DNA of 64,000 nucleotides from positions 64,001 to 128,000 of the forward strand of contig CAXNJO010000007.1 of NCBI GenBank assembly GCA_964202905.1, given 5' to 3'. Below, in pieces: positions 19,606-28,161 of the stretch. The notes under the pieces were generated by a model, which was not told where the DNA came from, searched no databases, and saw only the letters and a list, made by a program, of their open reading frames with translations. A program made the translations under genes and the position numbers. Source of the stretch: Polyangiales bacterium (lineage in GTDB: Bacteria > Myxococcota_A > Polyangia > Polyangiales > JADJQN01). Positions within the stretch are counted from its first letter, which is position 1. Each line of letters opens with the position of its first letter.

Positions 19606-20472
19606 ATGGACACCTACGTCGAGGTCCTGCGCGCAGACGGAAGCTCCGAGCGTCACCGCATCGAGGGCGAGCAGATGACGCTCGGCCGCTCGCCGGCGGC
19701 CGGCATCACGGTCACCGGCGTCGACGAGCTCGAGCCCGAGCACCTGCTCGTCGCCCCGCGCTCGGACGGCTGCTGGGTGGCGATCGCGAAGGGCGCGCGG
19801 GTCGGCGCCGTCGTGCGGGGCGCGCCGTTCGAGCACGGGCTGCTCGCGTGGGGCTCGGAGATCGAGATCGGCTCCATGCGCTTGCGTGTGAGTGACGTCG
19901 TCCCGGGCGCGAAGAAGGAGCAGAAGGTCAGCACGCCGGTCGCGCTCGCCGCCCTCGTCGGGATCGGGCTCGTCGGGTGGATGCTGCTGTCGGACAATGG
20001 GGGCGAGCTGCCGGAGACCGCGGCGACGGCGCCTCCGCTCTTCGGCGCGCTGCCGACGTGTGGCTCCGACGGGCCCGCGGCGTTGCACGGCGCGCGCGAG
20101 GCCGCCGAGGCCGCGGCCGCGAAGAGCGAGCGCTACGTGTTCAGCGCACAGGACGGCGTGACGGCGGTCTCGCTCTACGGGCGCGCGCAGGTGTGCTTCG
20201 GACAGGCGGGAGCCGCGGCCGCCGCGCGCCGGATGTCGACCGAGCGTGAGGCGATGACGCGTCGGATCGACGAGGACTACAAGACGCACCGCCTGCGCCT
20301 CGAGCGCTCGCTGCACCACGCGCGCTTCCCCGAGGCGCTCGTCGAGGCGCACGCGCTGCGGGCACTCACGCGGCACCTCGAGGGGCCGTACGTCGACTGG
20401 CTCATGCTGCTCGAGCGGCGCCTGCAGATGCTCGTGGACACCGCGAACCTGCGGGCCTCGAGCGGGCAGTGA
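19606..20472 (+). CDS. Degenerate-FHA, single-TM protein with helical periplasmic domain
   Basis: 'MTLGRSP...LEPEH...WGSEIEIG' FHA-like N-terminus, TM 'VALAALVGIGLVGWMLL', helical C-terminus with two Cys. Confidence 0.7.
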   Translation: MDTYVEVLRADGSSERHRIEGEQMTLGRSPAAGITVTGVDELEPEHLLVAPRSDGCWVAIAKGARVGAVVRGAPFEHGLLAWGSEIEIGSMRLRVSDVVPGAKKEQKVSTPVALAALVGIGLVGWMLLSDNGGELPETAATAPPLFGALPTCGSDGPAALHGAREAAEAAAAKSERYVFSAQDGVTAVSLYGRAQVCFGQAGAAAAARRMSTEREAMTRRIDEDYKTHRLRLERSLHHARFPEALVEAHALRALTRHLEGPYVDWLMLLERRLQMLVDTANLRASSGQ

Positions 20473-21320
20473 CGGCGCCGGGCGCGATGGCCTCCCGACC
20501 GCGCCGTCTGTTCGCGCCGTGCGTCGCGGCCGTGCTGACCGTCGCGGCGTGCGGGGGCGCGGGCGCGGGCGCGCCGGAGGGCCCGCCGCCGACGGATCCG
20601 GTCGCGGAGGTGGGGGCGCAGCGCCTCTTCGACACGGGGATCGCGGCGGCCGCGCAAGGGGACTACGTGCGCGCGGAGCAGTACCTCGCTGCCGCGGGCG
20701 CGCGCGGGTACGAGGAGGCGGCGGTCATCGGGCCGCTCGTGCGCGTGTGCGTCGCGGCCTCGCGGCTCCGGCAGGCGCTCGTCTACGCGCAGCCCTACCT
20801 CCGGCGGCACGCGACGGACTGGCGGCTGCGCTTCGTCGTCGCGGCGGTGCTGCTCGGGCTCGAGCGGGTCGACGATGCGCGCGCGGAGCTCGAGCGCGTG
20901 ATCGCCACCGCGCCGGAGGCCCCGGAGCCGTACTTCGTGCTCGGTGCGCTGCTGCGCGACCGGCTCCGCGACGACGCCGCTGCGCGGCCGCGCTTCGAGC
21001 GCTACCTCGCGCTCGTGCCGGAGGGTGCGCACTCGGACGAAGCGCGCGTCGCGCTCGCGTCGCCGCTGCCCGCGCAAGGGCCCCCGCAAGTGACCCCGCA
21101 GGACCCGACGCTCCAGCCCGCGCCGACCCCGGTGGCTCTGCCGGCGCCAGCGGCGCAGCCGGTTCAGGCGCCAGCGGCGCAGCCGGTTCAGGCGCCAGCG
21201 GCGCAGCCGGTTCAGGCGCCAGCGGTGCGGGCCGCCGTGCCCCCCGCCGCGCCGCCGGGACCGGTGCGGCTCCCCGCGCGCACGCGCCCGACGCCTCCCA
21301 CCGAGACAGGTACGCCGTGA
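20469..21320 (+). CDS. TPR lipoprotein (TadD/pilotin-like) with Pro/Ala-rich tail
   Basis: Lipobox-like 'VLTVAAC', TPR helices ('APEAPEPYFVLGALL', 'FERYLALVPEG'). Confidence 0.7.
   Translation: MTAPGAMASRPRRLFAPCVAAVLTVAACGGAGAGAPEGPPPTDPVAEVGAQRLFDTGIAAAAQGDYVRAEQYLAAAGARGYEEAAVIGPLVRVCVAASRLRQALVYAQPYLRRHATDWRLRFVVAAVLLGLERVDDARAELERVIATAPEAPEPYFVLGALLRDRLRDDAAARPRFERYLALVPEGAHSDEARVALASPLPAQGPPQVTPQDPTLQPAPTPVALPAPAAQPVQAPAAQPVQAPAAQPVQAPAVRAAVPPAAPPGPVRLPARTRPTPPTETGTP
21144..21225 (+). repeat. Perfect 24-bp tandem repeat, 3 copies plus a partial copy (GCGCCAGCGGCGCAGCCGGTTCAG; APAAQPVQ)
   Basis: Copies at 21144-21167, 21168-21191, 21192-21215, plus a 10-bp partial copy. Confidence 0.95.
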
Positions 21321-22441
21321 TCCCGAAAGAAGTCTTCGAGCAGACGCTGCTCTCGTTCCTCGAGCCGATCCGGCCCTTTCTCGACGACGCGTCCGTCAGC
21401 GAGATCATGATCAACGGGCCCTTCGAAATCTACATCGAGAAGAAGGGCCGGCTCCACAAGACCGACGCGAAGTTCGCGTCGCAGCACGCGCTCGAGGCCG
21501 CGCTGCGGAACCTCGCGCAGTACGTCGGGCGGCACATCGACGAAGAGCGCCCGATCCTCGAGGCGCGCCTCCCCGACGGCTCCCGTGTCGAGGCGGTGCT
21601 GCCGCCGGCCGCGCCCGACGGGCCGAGCGTCGCGATCCGCCGCTTCTTCAAGGAGACGCTCACCGTGAAGCGGCTCCTCGAGTTCGGCTCGTTCACGCAG
21701 GACGCGGCCGACTGCATGCACGCGATCGTCGCCTGCAAACAGAACGTCATCGTCGCGGGCGGCACCGGCTCGGGCAAGACGTCGCTCCTCAACGTGCTGT
21801 CGTCCTTCGCCGCCGAGGACGAGCGCGTCGTGGTGATCGAGGACTCGCGCGAGTTGCAGCTGCAGCGGCCACACGTCGTGCAGCTCGAGGCGCGCCCGCC
21901 GAACGCGCGGGGGCGCGGCGCGGTGTCGATCCGCGATCTCTTCAAGGCGACGCTGCGCATGCGCCCCGACCGCATCGTCGTCGGCGAGATCCGCGGCGCC
22001 GAGGCGCTCGACCTGATCCAGGCGATGACCTCGGGCCACGGCGGCTGCCTTTCGACCGTGCACGCGAGCTACCCGATCGACACGTGCAACCGCCTCGAGA
22101 CGATGGCGCTCATGGCCGACGTGGGCCTGCCGCTCTTCGCGCTGCGCGCGCAGCTCGCGAGCGCGGTCGACGTGATTGTGCAGACCTCGCGCCTCGCGGA
22201 TGGCTCGCGCTGCGTGACGCACCTGACCGAGGTGCGAGGCTACGATCCGCAAGGCGGTTATCGGCTCGCGGATCTGTTCGTCCGCGAGTACGATGGCAAG
22301 GACGCGACGGGCAAAGTGCTCTCGCGCTTCGTGCCGACGGGCGAGCTCCCGAAGAGCCTCGAGATGATCCGCGCGCACGGCCACGAACTGCCGCAGTCGA
22401 TGTACGACGCGGCCGAGCGGCGCGGCGCGCACCGCGACTGA
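21317..22441 (+). CDS. cpaF: Second CpaF/TadA-family ATPase (374 aa, no FHA)
   Basis: GTGA overlap with the upstream stop; 'FLDDASVSEIMING', Walker A GGTGSGKTS, 'VIEDSREL', 'LRMRPDRIVVGEIRG', 'SGHGG..STVHA'. Confidence 0.92.
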   Translation: MIPKEVFEQTLLSFLEPIRPFLDDASVSEIMINGPFEIYIEKKGRLHKTDAKFASQHALEAALRNLAQYVGRHIDEERPILEARLPDGSRVEAVLPPAAPDGPSVAIRRFFKETLTVKRLLEFGSFTQDAADCMHAIVACKQNVIVAGGTGSGKTSLLNVLSSFAAEDERVVVIEDSRELQLQRPHVVQLEARPPNARGRGAVSIRDLFKATLRMRPDRIVVGEIRGAEALDLIQAMTSGHGGCLSTVHASYPIDTCNRLETMALMADVGLPLFALRAQLASAVDVIVQTSRLADGSRCVTHLTEVRGYDPQGGYRLADLFVREYDGKDATGKVLSRFVPTGELPKSLEMIRAHGHELPQSMYDAAERRGAHRD

Positions 22442-22496
22442 CGGTCGCTCCGCAATCCGACGCATCGCGCGCGAACTTGGCTAAGATGCGGGCCGC

Positions 22497-24014
22497 ATGG
22501 TCGACCCGCGCCACGGTCCCCAGGTCCGGCCCGCTCCGACGTCCTGGGCGCGCGTGCGCCTGCTGAAGGGCGACTCCGCGGGCGGGCTGTGGGACGTCTC
22601 GAGCGACATCCCCGAGGCCCGCATCGCCATCGGCAGCGATGCGGGCTGCGGTTGGCTGGTGCGTGGCAGCGGCGTCGCGCCATTCCACTTCGAAGTCTAT
22701 TGGGACGGCACCGTGCTCTGGGTCGGCAACAGCGCGGGCGCGCCGGACGTGCGCCTCGATGGTGAGCCGCTCGGCGATTGGCGTCCGATCAGCGGCCGCG
22801 CGCGGATCGAGTTCGGGCGGGCGGCCATGCTGGTCGAGGCGTCCGACGCGGTGGCGCGCGCGTCGGTCGTGCCGCAGCCGCGGGACTCTCAAGCCCCGTT
22901 CGAGAGCGAGAACACACGCATCGCGGCGCCGCGGGACGAGCGGCGCGAGGTGTACGCCTCCGGGAACAGCGCCCTGCAGGAGGTGCCGCCGCTCAGCGAG
23001 CTCGAGGCGAAGCCCTCGCGTGGAGTGCATGCGGCGTTGGGGGCGTCCGGCGACGGGGGCGCGACGCGCGTCGTCTCGTTGGCCGAGGCCGAGGCGGGCC
23101 GTGCGGCGCCGGTCGCGGCCCCGCGGGTCGGCGTGGGGGCGGGCGTGCGGCGCGTCGAGGAGCCCCCGCCGATCTCGGAGGAGGCGACGCGCCTCGGCGT
23201 CTTCGCCGGCGCGGGGCAGGCGAGCGCGCTCCCGCCGGGCGTCTCTGCGGCCTCGCGAGCGGGGGGCGGTCCGGGGGGCGGCGCGGTGGGCGTGGCGTTG
23301 GGGGCGCCGAGCGGGGCGCCTTCGCCTTTCGGCCCGTCGGTCGCGGCGCCGTCCGCTTTCGACGCGCCGGGCGCGGGGGCAGGGCTGCGCGGGCCTGTCG
23401 CGGGCGCGGCGAGCCCGTTCGCGGCGCCGCCGCCGGTGGCGGCTGATCCGTCGTCGATCGCGTTCGCGCGGGTCGGCGAGAAGCTGAAGGGCGGGCTCGG
23501 CAGGCCCAAGCTGTCGCAGCCGCCGCGTACGTGGCTGCTGCTCGCGCTGGTCGTGGCCGTGCTCGTGGTGTTCGTGCTCGACGCCTTCGACCCGACGCCG
23601 GAGCCTCCGGCCGGGTCTCCCGCGGTGGCCACGCAGCCCGCGGCCTCTCCGCCCGGGACGGCGGACGCCGGGTTGGCGGCGGTCCCCGCTTTGGCGCGGA
23701 TCGGGGCAGGCCTCGCCGTGGGACCGGGCGGGCTGGTCGCGGGCGGCATGCCGCTCGCGGTGGCCGACGCGGGGGTCGCCGCGCCGTCCGGGGACACGCC
23801 GCCCGGTGCGCCGGTGCCCGCGACGCCGGAGCGCCAGGCCGCGGACGCGCTGATCGCCGGTCGCTACCGCGAGGCGCTCCCGCTCTATCAGGCGCTCGCT
23901 GCGGCGAACCCGCAGAACCCCACCTTCTCCCAGATCGTCGTCGTGCTCGAGCGGCGCGTGCGGGCCGCGTGTCGCGACGGGCTCACCCCGGAGGGCACGC
24001 AGTGCGAGCCGTGA
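22497..24014 (+). CDS. Degenerate-FHA + Gly/Ala/Pro linker + TM + C-terminal TPR-like protein
   Basis: 'IAIGSDAGC..VAPFH..VRLDGEPL..RIEFG', TM 'WLLLALVVAVLVVFVL', 'AADALIAGRYREALPLYQAL', terminal Cys pair; TAAGAT 9 nt upstream of the ATG. Confidence 0.65.
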   Translation: MVDPRHGPQVRPAPTSWARVRLLKGDSAGGLWDVSSDIPEARIAIGSDAGCGWLVRGSGVAPFHFEVYWDGTVLWVGNSAGAPDVRLDGEPLGDWRPISGRARIEFGRAAMLVEASDAVARASVVPQPRDSQAPFESENTRIAAPRDERREVYASGNSALQEVPPLSELEAKPSRGVHAALGASGDGGATRVVSLAEAEAGRAAPVAAPRVGVGAGVRRVEEPPPISEEATRLGVFAGAGQASALPPGVSAASRAGGGPGGGAVGVALGAPSGAPSPFGPSVAAPSAFDAPGAGAGLRGPVAGAASPFAAPPPVAADPSSIAFARVGEKLKGGLGRPKLSQPPRTWLLLALVVAVLVVFVLDAFDPTPEPPAGSPAVATQPAASPPGTADAGLAAVPALARIGAGLAVGPGGLVAGGMPLAVADAGVAAPSGDTPPGAPVPATPERQAADALIAGRYREALPLYQALAAANPQNPTFSQIVVVLERRVRAACRDGLTPEGTQCEP

Positions 24015-24739
24015 ACCCGCCGCTGGGCGCGCCGCTCCTCACGCACTTCGCCGTGCTGCTCGGCGTCGCGTCCGTTCTCGTGGTCGGCGCCGCGTGCGAC
24101 GACCCGCCTCCGCCGCCCGAGTACCGCGTCTCCTTCACCGCGCTCGCCGATGCGGCGGCCCTCGGCGGCGTCGAGATCGCCGTCGCCGGGCGCCCGCTGG
24201 GGGTGACCGGGCCGGACGGGACGCTGCGCGCGAACCTGCGCGGGCGCGAGGGAGCGGTCGTGGCGTACCGCGTCAAGTGTCCGGAAGGATTCAGGGAACC
24301 GGAGCAGTCGCCGCCTCTGACCTTGCGTCGCTTCCGCGGCCTCGACCCGGCCGCGGCCGCGCGGGGCATCGAGCTCAACATCCAGTGCCGGCCGGCCGAG
24401 CGCCTCGCGGCGGTCGTCGTGCGGGCGGGCGGCATCCCCAACCTGCCGGTGCTGATGCAGGGGCAGCCCGTCGCGGTCACCGACGCGAGCGGCGTCGCGC
24501 ACCTGCTGCTGAAGCTGCCGCCGAACACCAGCTTCACGATGACGGTCGACACGCGCGCCAACCCGCGCCTCGTGCCGGCGAGCCCGACGCAGCCCTTCGT
24601 CGTGCCGGACGCAGACGACGTCCTCGTCTTCGACGCCCCGCTCGCCGAGCAGCAGGCGCCCACGAAGCGGCGCCGGGCCGTGCGCCGCGCGCCCGTGTTC
24701 ACCGGGCCGGTGCGGATCCCCTCGTCCGGTCGGCGCTGA
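24011..24739 (+). CDS. Lipoprotein with two transthyretin/carboxypeptidase-regulatory-like beta repeats
   Basis: GTGA overlap; lipobox-like 'VVGAAC'; repeated 'GxPxxVTxxxG' motifs (GRPLGVTGPDG, GQPVAVTDASG). Confidence 0.65.
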   Translation: MNPPLGAPLLTHFAVLLGVASVLVVGAACDDPPPPPEYRVSFTALADAAALGGVEIAVAGRPLGVTGPDGTLRANLRGREGAVVAYRVKCPEGFREPEQSPPLTLRRFRGLDPAAAARGIELNIQCRPAERLAAVVVRAGGIPNLPVLMQGQPVAVTDASGVAHLLLKLPPNTSFTMTVDTRANPRLVPASPTQPFVVPDADDVLVFDAPLAEQQAPTKRRRAVRRAPVFTGPVRIPSSGRR

Positions 24740-24819
24740 GCGCCTCGGCCCGGGGCGTGCGCCGCCGGCGGGCCGCGCCGAGAACTTGGAGCGACGGCGG
24801 TCGCGTAGTACGCGGGGCC

Positions 24820-25836
24820 ATGCTTCGCTCGCGTTTCTTCGCGTCCGCCGCGCTCGGCCTGGCGCTGCTCGCCACGATGGTCCCGTCGCGCGCGCGCGCG
24901 GACGGCGCAGCGGTGCTCGCGGTGCGCGAATCGGCGCGCGTCGCCGACCGCGTACGGCGGGAGGGCGAGGCCGCGCTGGTCGCTGCGCTGGCCGCCGACG
25001 GTGTGCGCGTGCGGACCGCCGCCGACACGGAGGCCGTGCTGGTCGGCGATCCGCTCGCCGAGTGCGGCGCGGTCGACTGCGCGGTGGCCGTCGCGCGGCG
25101 GCTCGGCGTCGATTTCGTCGTCGTGCTTTCGGTGTTCGGCACCGACGCGCAGGCGGACAGTGTCGCCGTCGCGCTCGCGACCGCCGACGGGCTGAGCTTC
25201 GGCGGGGAGGCCGACGTCGACGCCGCACGCCCGCTCGCGCGCGCGGTCGCCGACGCGCTCGCCGAGGCGCGGATCCGGCAGGGCGCCGGAACGCGCGGCA
25301 CGCTCCGCGTCGAGACGACGCCGTCGGGTGCCACCGTGCACGTCGACGGCGAGTTTCGCGGGGAGACCCCGCTTTTCCGCGCGGTCGAGCCGGGCGCGCA
25401 CCGCGTCGTGGTCAGCCAGTCGGGCCGTGTGACCGAGTCGCGCGACGTCGTCGTGCAGCTGCACGAGGAGACGACGCTGCAGCTCGCGCTCGCGCCGGTC
25501 GCGCCCTCTGCGCCGCGGGTCGCCGCGGTCCGGCGCCCGCTGCTCGGGCCGTTGGTGCTCGGTGGTGCCGGCGCTGCGCTGCTCGCGTTCGATCTCGGCT
25601 CGCTCGCGGCGCTCGGGTGCAGCGAGGAGGCGCCGGGGGGCGCGTGCCGCCGCCGCGTCGTCGTCGATCCGCTGCCCTTCGGGCTCTACGCCGGAGTCGG
25701 TGCCGGCGCCGTGGTCGGCGCGCTGCTCTGGTGGCTGCTCGGGGCCCGCGAGGTCGAGACGGCGCAGGCCGCGGGCGCCGCGTCGCTGCGCCTCGACGTC
25801 GGCCTGCGCGAGGTCTCGCTCCGCGGCCGTTTCTGA
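24820..25836 (+). CDS. Secreted PEGA-domain protein
   Basis: Signal peptide ending 'SRARA'; PEGA 'GTLRVETTPSGATVHVDGEFRGETP..PGAHRVVV'; hydrophobic hairpin and C-terminal 'VSLRGRF' typical of myxobacterial PEGA proteins. Confidence 0.8.
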   Translation: MLRSRFFASAALGLALLATMVPSRARADGAAVLAVRESARVADRVRREGEAALVAALAADGVRVRTAADTEAVLVGDPLAECGAVDCAVAVARRLGVDFVVVLSVFGTDAQADSVAVALATADGLSFGGEADVDAARPLARAVADALAEARIRQGAGTRGTLRVETTPSGATVHVDGEFRGETPLFRAVEPGAHRVVVSQSGRVTESRDVVVQLHEETTLQLALAPVAPSAPRVAAVRRPLLGPLVLGGAGAALLAFDLGSLAALGCSEEAPGGACRRRVVVDPLPFGLYAGVGAGAVVGALLWWLLGAREVETAQAAGAASLRLDVGLREVSLRGRF

Positions 25837-25843
25837 TGGCGGC

Positions 25844-25863
25844 GCGCCCGGCGCACCGGGCGC
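25844..25863. terminator. GC hairpin between convergent genes (possible terminator, no U-tract)
   Basis: GCGCCCGG-cgca-CCGGGCGC, 8-bp perfect stem. Confidence 0.3.
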
Positions 25864-25885
25864 ACGACCCGAAGCGTCCGGCGCG

Positions 25886-28150
25886 TCAGGTGCGGGAGTC
25901 GAAGCGCTCGGCGTCCTGCACGCGTCCGAGCGCGCGGTAGCAGCGGGCGAGCGTCCGCAGCGCGGCCTCTTCGCCGCTCGCGTCGTGGCGCCTTCGGGTG
26001 CTCGCGAGCGCGGCCACGGCAGCACGCACGGCGCCGACCGGGTCGCCCGACCCGGCGAGGACGAGCGCGAGCGCGAGCATCGCGCGGCTCGAATCGGCAT
26101 CGCTCGTCGGGCCTGCACCCTGCTGCCGTCGCAGGGTGCGGAGCGCGCGCCCGGCGTCTCCGCGGGCGAGCTGCGCGACGGCGCGGATGCGCTCGGCGGC
26201 TGCGGGGGCGCCACCGGCGGCGAGGGCGGCCTCGACCACGCGATCGACGGCATCGAAGTCGCGCGCGATGATCGCGCGCACCGCGCGGTGCGCCGTGTCG
26301 GTCGCCTCGGGGCGGTCGGAATCGGCAGGTTGCGGGGTGGGCGTCGTTGCGTCGTCGTCGGCCGCCTGCTCGCTCGTCAGCGCGGCGGCCGCGCGCCGCG
26401 TCCCGTCACGCGGATCGACCCGCACGGCGGCTGCGGCCAGCCGCACCGCCGCGCGCTCGAACCCCGCCTCCCGCGCGTGGTGCGCGGCCTCGAGCAGCGT
26501 CGCGCCCGCATCCTCCGGCATGCCGCCCTCGGCGAGGTGGCTCGCGAGGGTACCGAGCCGGAAGGCGCGCGTCTCCGCGTCGGGACCGGTGCGCAGGGCA
26601 CGCGCTGCGAAGCGGTGCAGCTTCGCCGTTCGCGCGGGGTGCATCGCCTCGAGCACCACCGTGCGCACGAGGAAGGTGGGCAGCGCGGGTGACGCCGACG
26701 GCGCCCAGAGGCCCTCGGCCCGGAGGGACGTGAGGCCACGCGTGAAGCGCTCGGTGTCGAGGCCGTCCTGCTCGGCGAGGATGCGCGCGACGTCGAGCGG
26801 GGCCGCCTCCGCGAGCACGCAGAGCGCCTCGAGCACGCGGTGAGCGGTCTCGTCGAGGAGGCCGAGCCGCTCGGTCACGAGCGATTTCAGGGGCGCAGGG
26901 CCGCTCGCTGCGCGGGGGGCCTGCCGCCACGCGAGCCGCTCGCCCTGGCGTACGATGTCGCCCGTCGCGACGAGCGCGTGCGCCGCCTCCACGATGCCCA
27001 TCGTCGTGTCGCCGCCGATCAGCGCGAGCTTGCGGGCCACGGAGGGCTCCGCGTCGGCCCCGAGCACGCCGCACGCGACGGCGAGCGCGTCGACGGGGCC
27101 GAGGGGCGGCAGCGTGTACTCGAGCGTGGGCGCGCCCTCGAGGAGCACCTGTGGCGGCGCCGCGCCCTCGGGCAGGCGCGCGAACACGAGCGCCGCCGCG
27201 CCGGCGTGCGCGGTGGACTCGGCGACGAGCTCGACCGAGGCCGGATCGAGGGCGCTCACCGGATCGAGGAGAAACCACACGGCGCGGCCGTCCCGCGCAT
27301 GGCGCGCGAGGAGCGCATCGAGCGCTGCGCGCGCGTCGGTGCGGGGCGTGGCGCGACCCGCGGCGAGGGCGCGGATCGCTTCCGCCGCCGCGGGCGGGAT
27401 CCCCTCGAGCGGAGGGTCCGCGAGCCGCAGCGCAGCGCCGAGGCTGCCGAGCGGATCGAGTCCGCCGGGCACCCCGGGCAGGTCGAGCACGAGCGCGGGA
27501 CGCAGCGTGCGGGCGAGCGCGGTGACGAGCGCGCGGGAGCCCGCGGCGAACGACCCGCGAAGCAGCACGCGTGTCGCAGCCTGGCCTGCGGCCGCGCGCG
27601 CGATGGCCGAGGCCAGCGCCTCTTGCGCCGGCGCGATCGGCGGCGGAGCGAGCCCGGCGAGCGCCTCCCGACACGCCTCGCGCCGCGGGTGGGCCCGGTC
27701 CACGGCAAAGCCCCGCGGCCCCGCCGGTCCCGCGGTCACCTCGCGCGTGAAGAGCAGCGCGTGCGCGCTCCGATCCCGCGCCTCGCGCTCGAGCACCACC
27801 TCACCGTCCCGTGCGCGCGCGGCGAGCCCCTGCGCGTGGTCGACGGCGGAGCCGACGAGGACGCCGCCTTCGACCTCGACGAGGCCGAGCGCGACCCCGA
27901 ACGCCGGGCGCACGGGAGACTCGCCGCGGTCGACCTCGTCGCAGAGGTCGAGCAGCGCCTCGACCGCGTCGATGGCGTCTTCGGGATCGAAGGTCGCCAC
28001 CACCGTGCCCGAGAGCAGCGCCCGCACCTCCCCGCCCACGGCCACGAGCCGCGCGGCGACGGCGCGGGCCTGCGCGGCCGCGGCGCGCGCCTCGTCCAGG
28101 CCGTCGTGCGCGGCGGCGATCCAGCGCAGCCAGACGACGAGGTGCTCCAC
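25886..28150 (-). CDS. Degenerate class III cyclase + degenerate STAND/AAA NTPase + TPR protein
   Basis: GTG 28150, 11 nt after the pspA stop; cyclase-like 'RPAFGVALGLV..VGSAVDHAQGLAARARDGEVVL'; Walker A-like 'LLRGSFAAGSR'; Walker B-like 'FLLDPVSALDPAS'; C-terminal TPR-like helices. Confidence 0.6.
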   Translation of the reverse strand: MEHLVVWLRWIAAAHDGLDEARAAAAQARAVAARLVAVGGEVRALLSGTVVATFDPEDAIDAVEALLDLCDEVDRGESPVRPAFGVALGLVEVEGGVLVGSAVDHAQGLAARARDGEVVLEREARDRSAHALLFTREVTAGPAGPRGFAVDRAHPRREACREALAGLAPPPIAPAQEALASAIARAAAGQAATRVLLRGSFAAGSRALVTALARTLRPALVLDLPGVPGGLDPLGSLGAALRLADPPLEGIPPAAAEAIRALAAGRATPRTDARAALDALLARHARDGRAVWFLLDPVSALDPASVELVAESTAHAGAAALVFARLPEGAAPPQVLLEGAPTLEYTLPPLGPVDALAVACGVLGADAEPSVARKLALIGGDTTMGIVEAAHALVATGDIVRQGERLAWRQAPRAASGPAPLKSLVTERLGLLDETAHRVLEALCVLAEAAPLDVARILAEQDGLDTERFTRGLTSLRAEGLWAPSASPALPTFLVRTVVLEAMHPARTAKLHRFAARALRTGPDAETRAFRLGTLASHLAEGGMPEDAGATLLEAAHHAREAGFERAAVRLAAAAVRVDPRDGTRRAAAALTSEQAADDDATTPTPQPADSDRPEATDTAHRAVRAIIARDFDAVDRVVEAALAAGGAPAAAERIRAVAQLARGDAGRALRTLRRQQGAGPTSDADSSRAMLALALVLAGSGDPVGAVRAAVAALASTRRRHDASGEEAALRTLARCYRALGRVQDAERFDSRT

Positions 28151-28161
28151 GGGGACCGGGC

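Noticed and set aside
9964..21225. Tandem repeats as a possible CRISPR or mobile-element signal
   Set aside because: They are spacer-less, in-frame coding repeats.
16095..22441. VirB11/conjugation or T2SS interpretation of the ATPases and secretin
   Set aside because: No VirB4, coupling protein, relaxase or Gsp genes; Flp, CpaB and TadB/C context identifies Tad.
25886..28150. Avs/NLR-type antiphage STAND system
   Set aside because: Walker A lysine is absent, there is no effector nuclease domain and no defence-island context.
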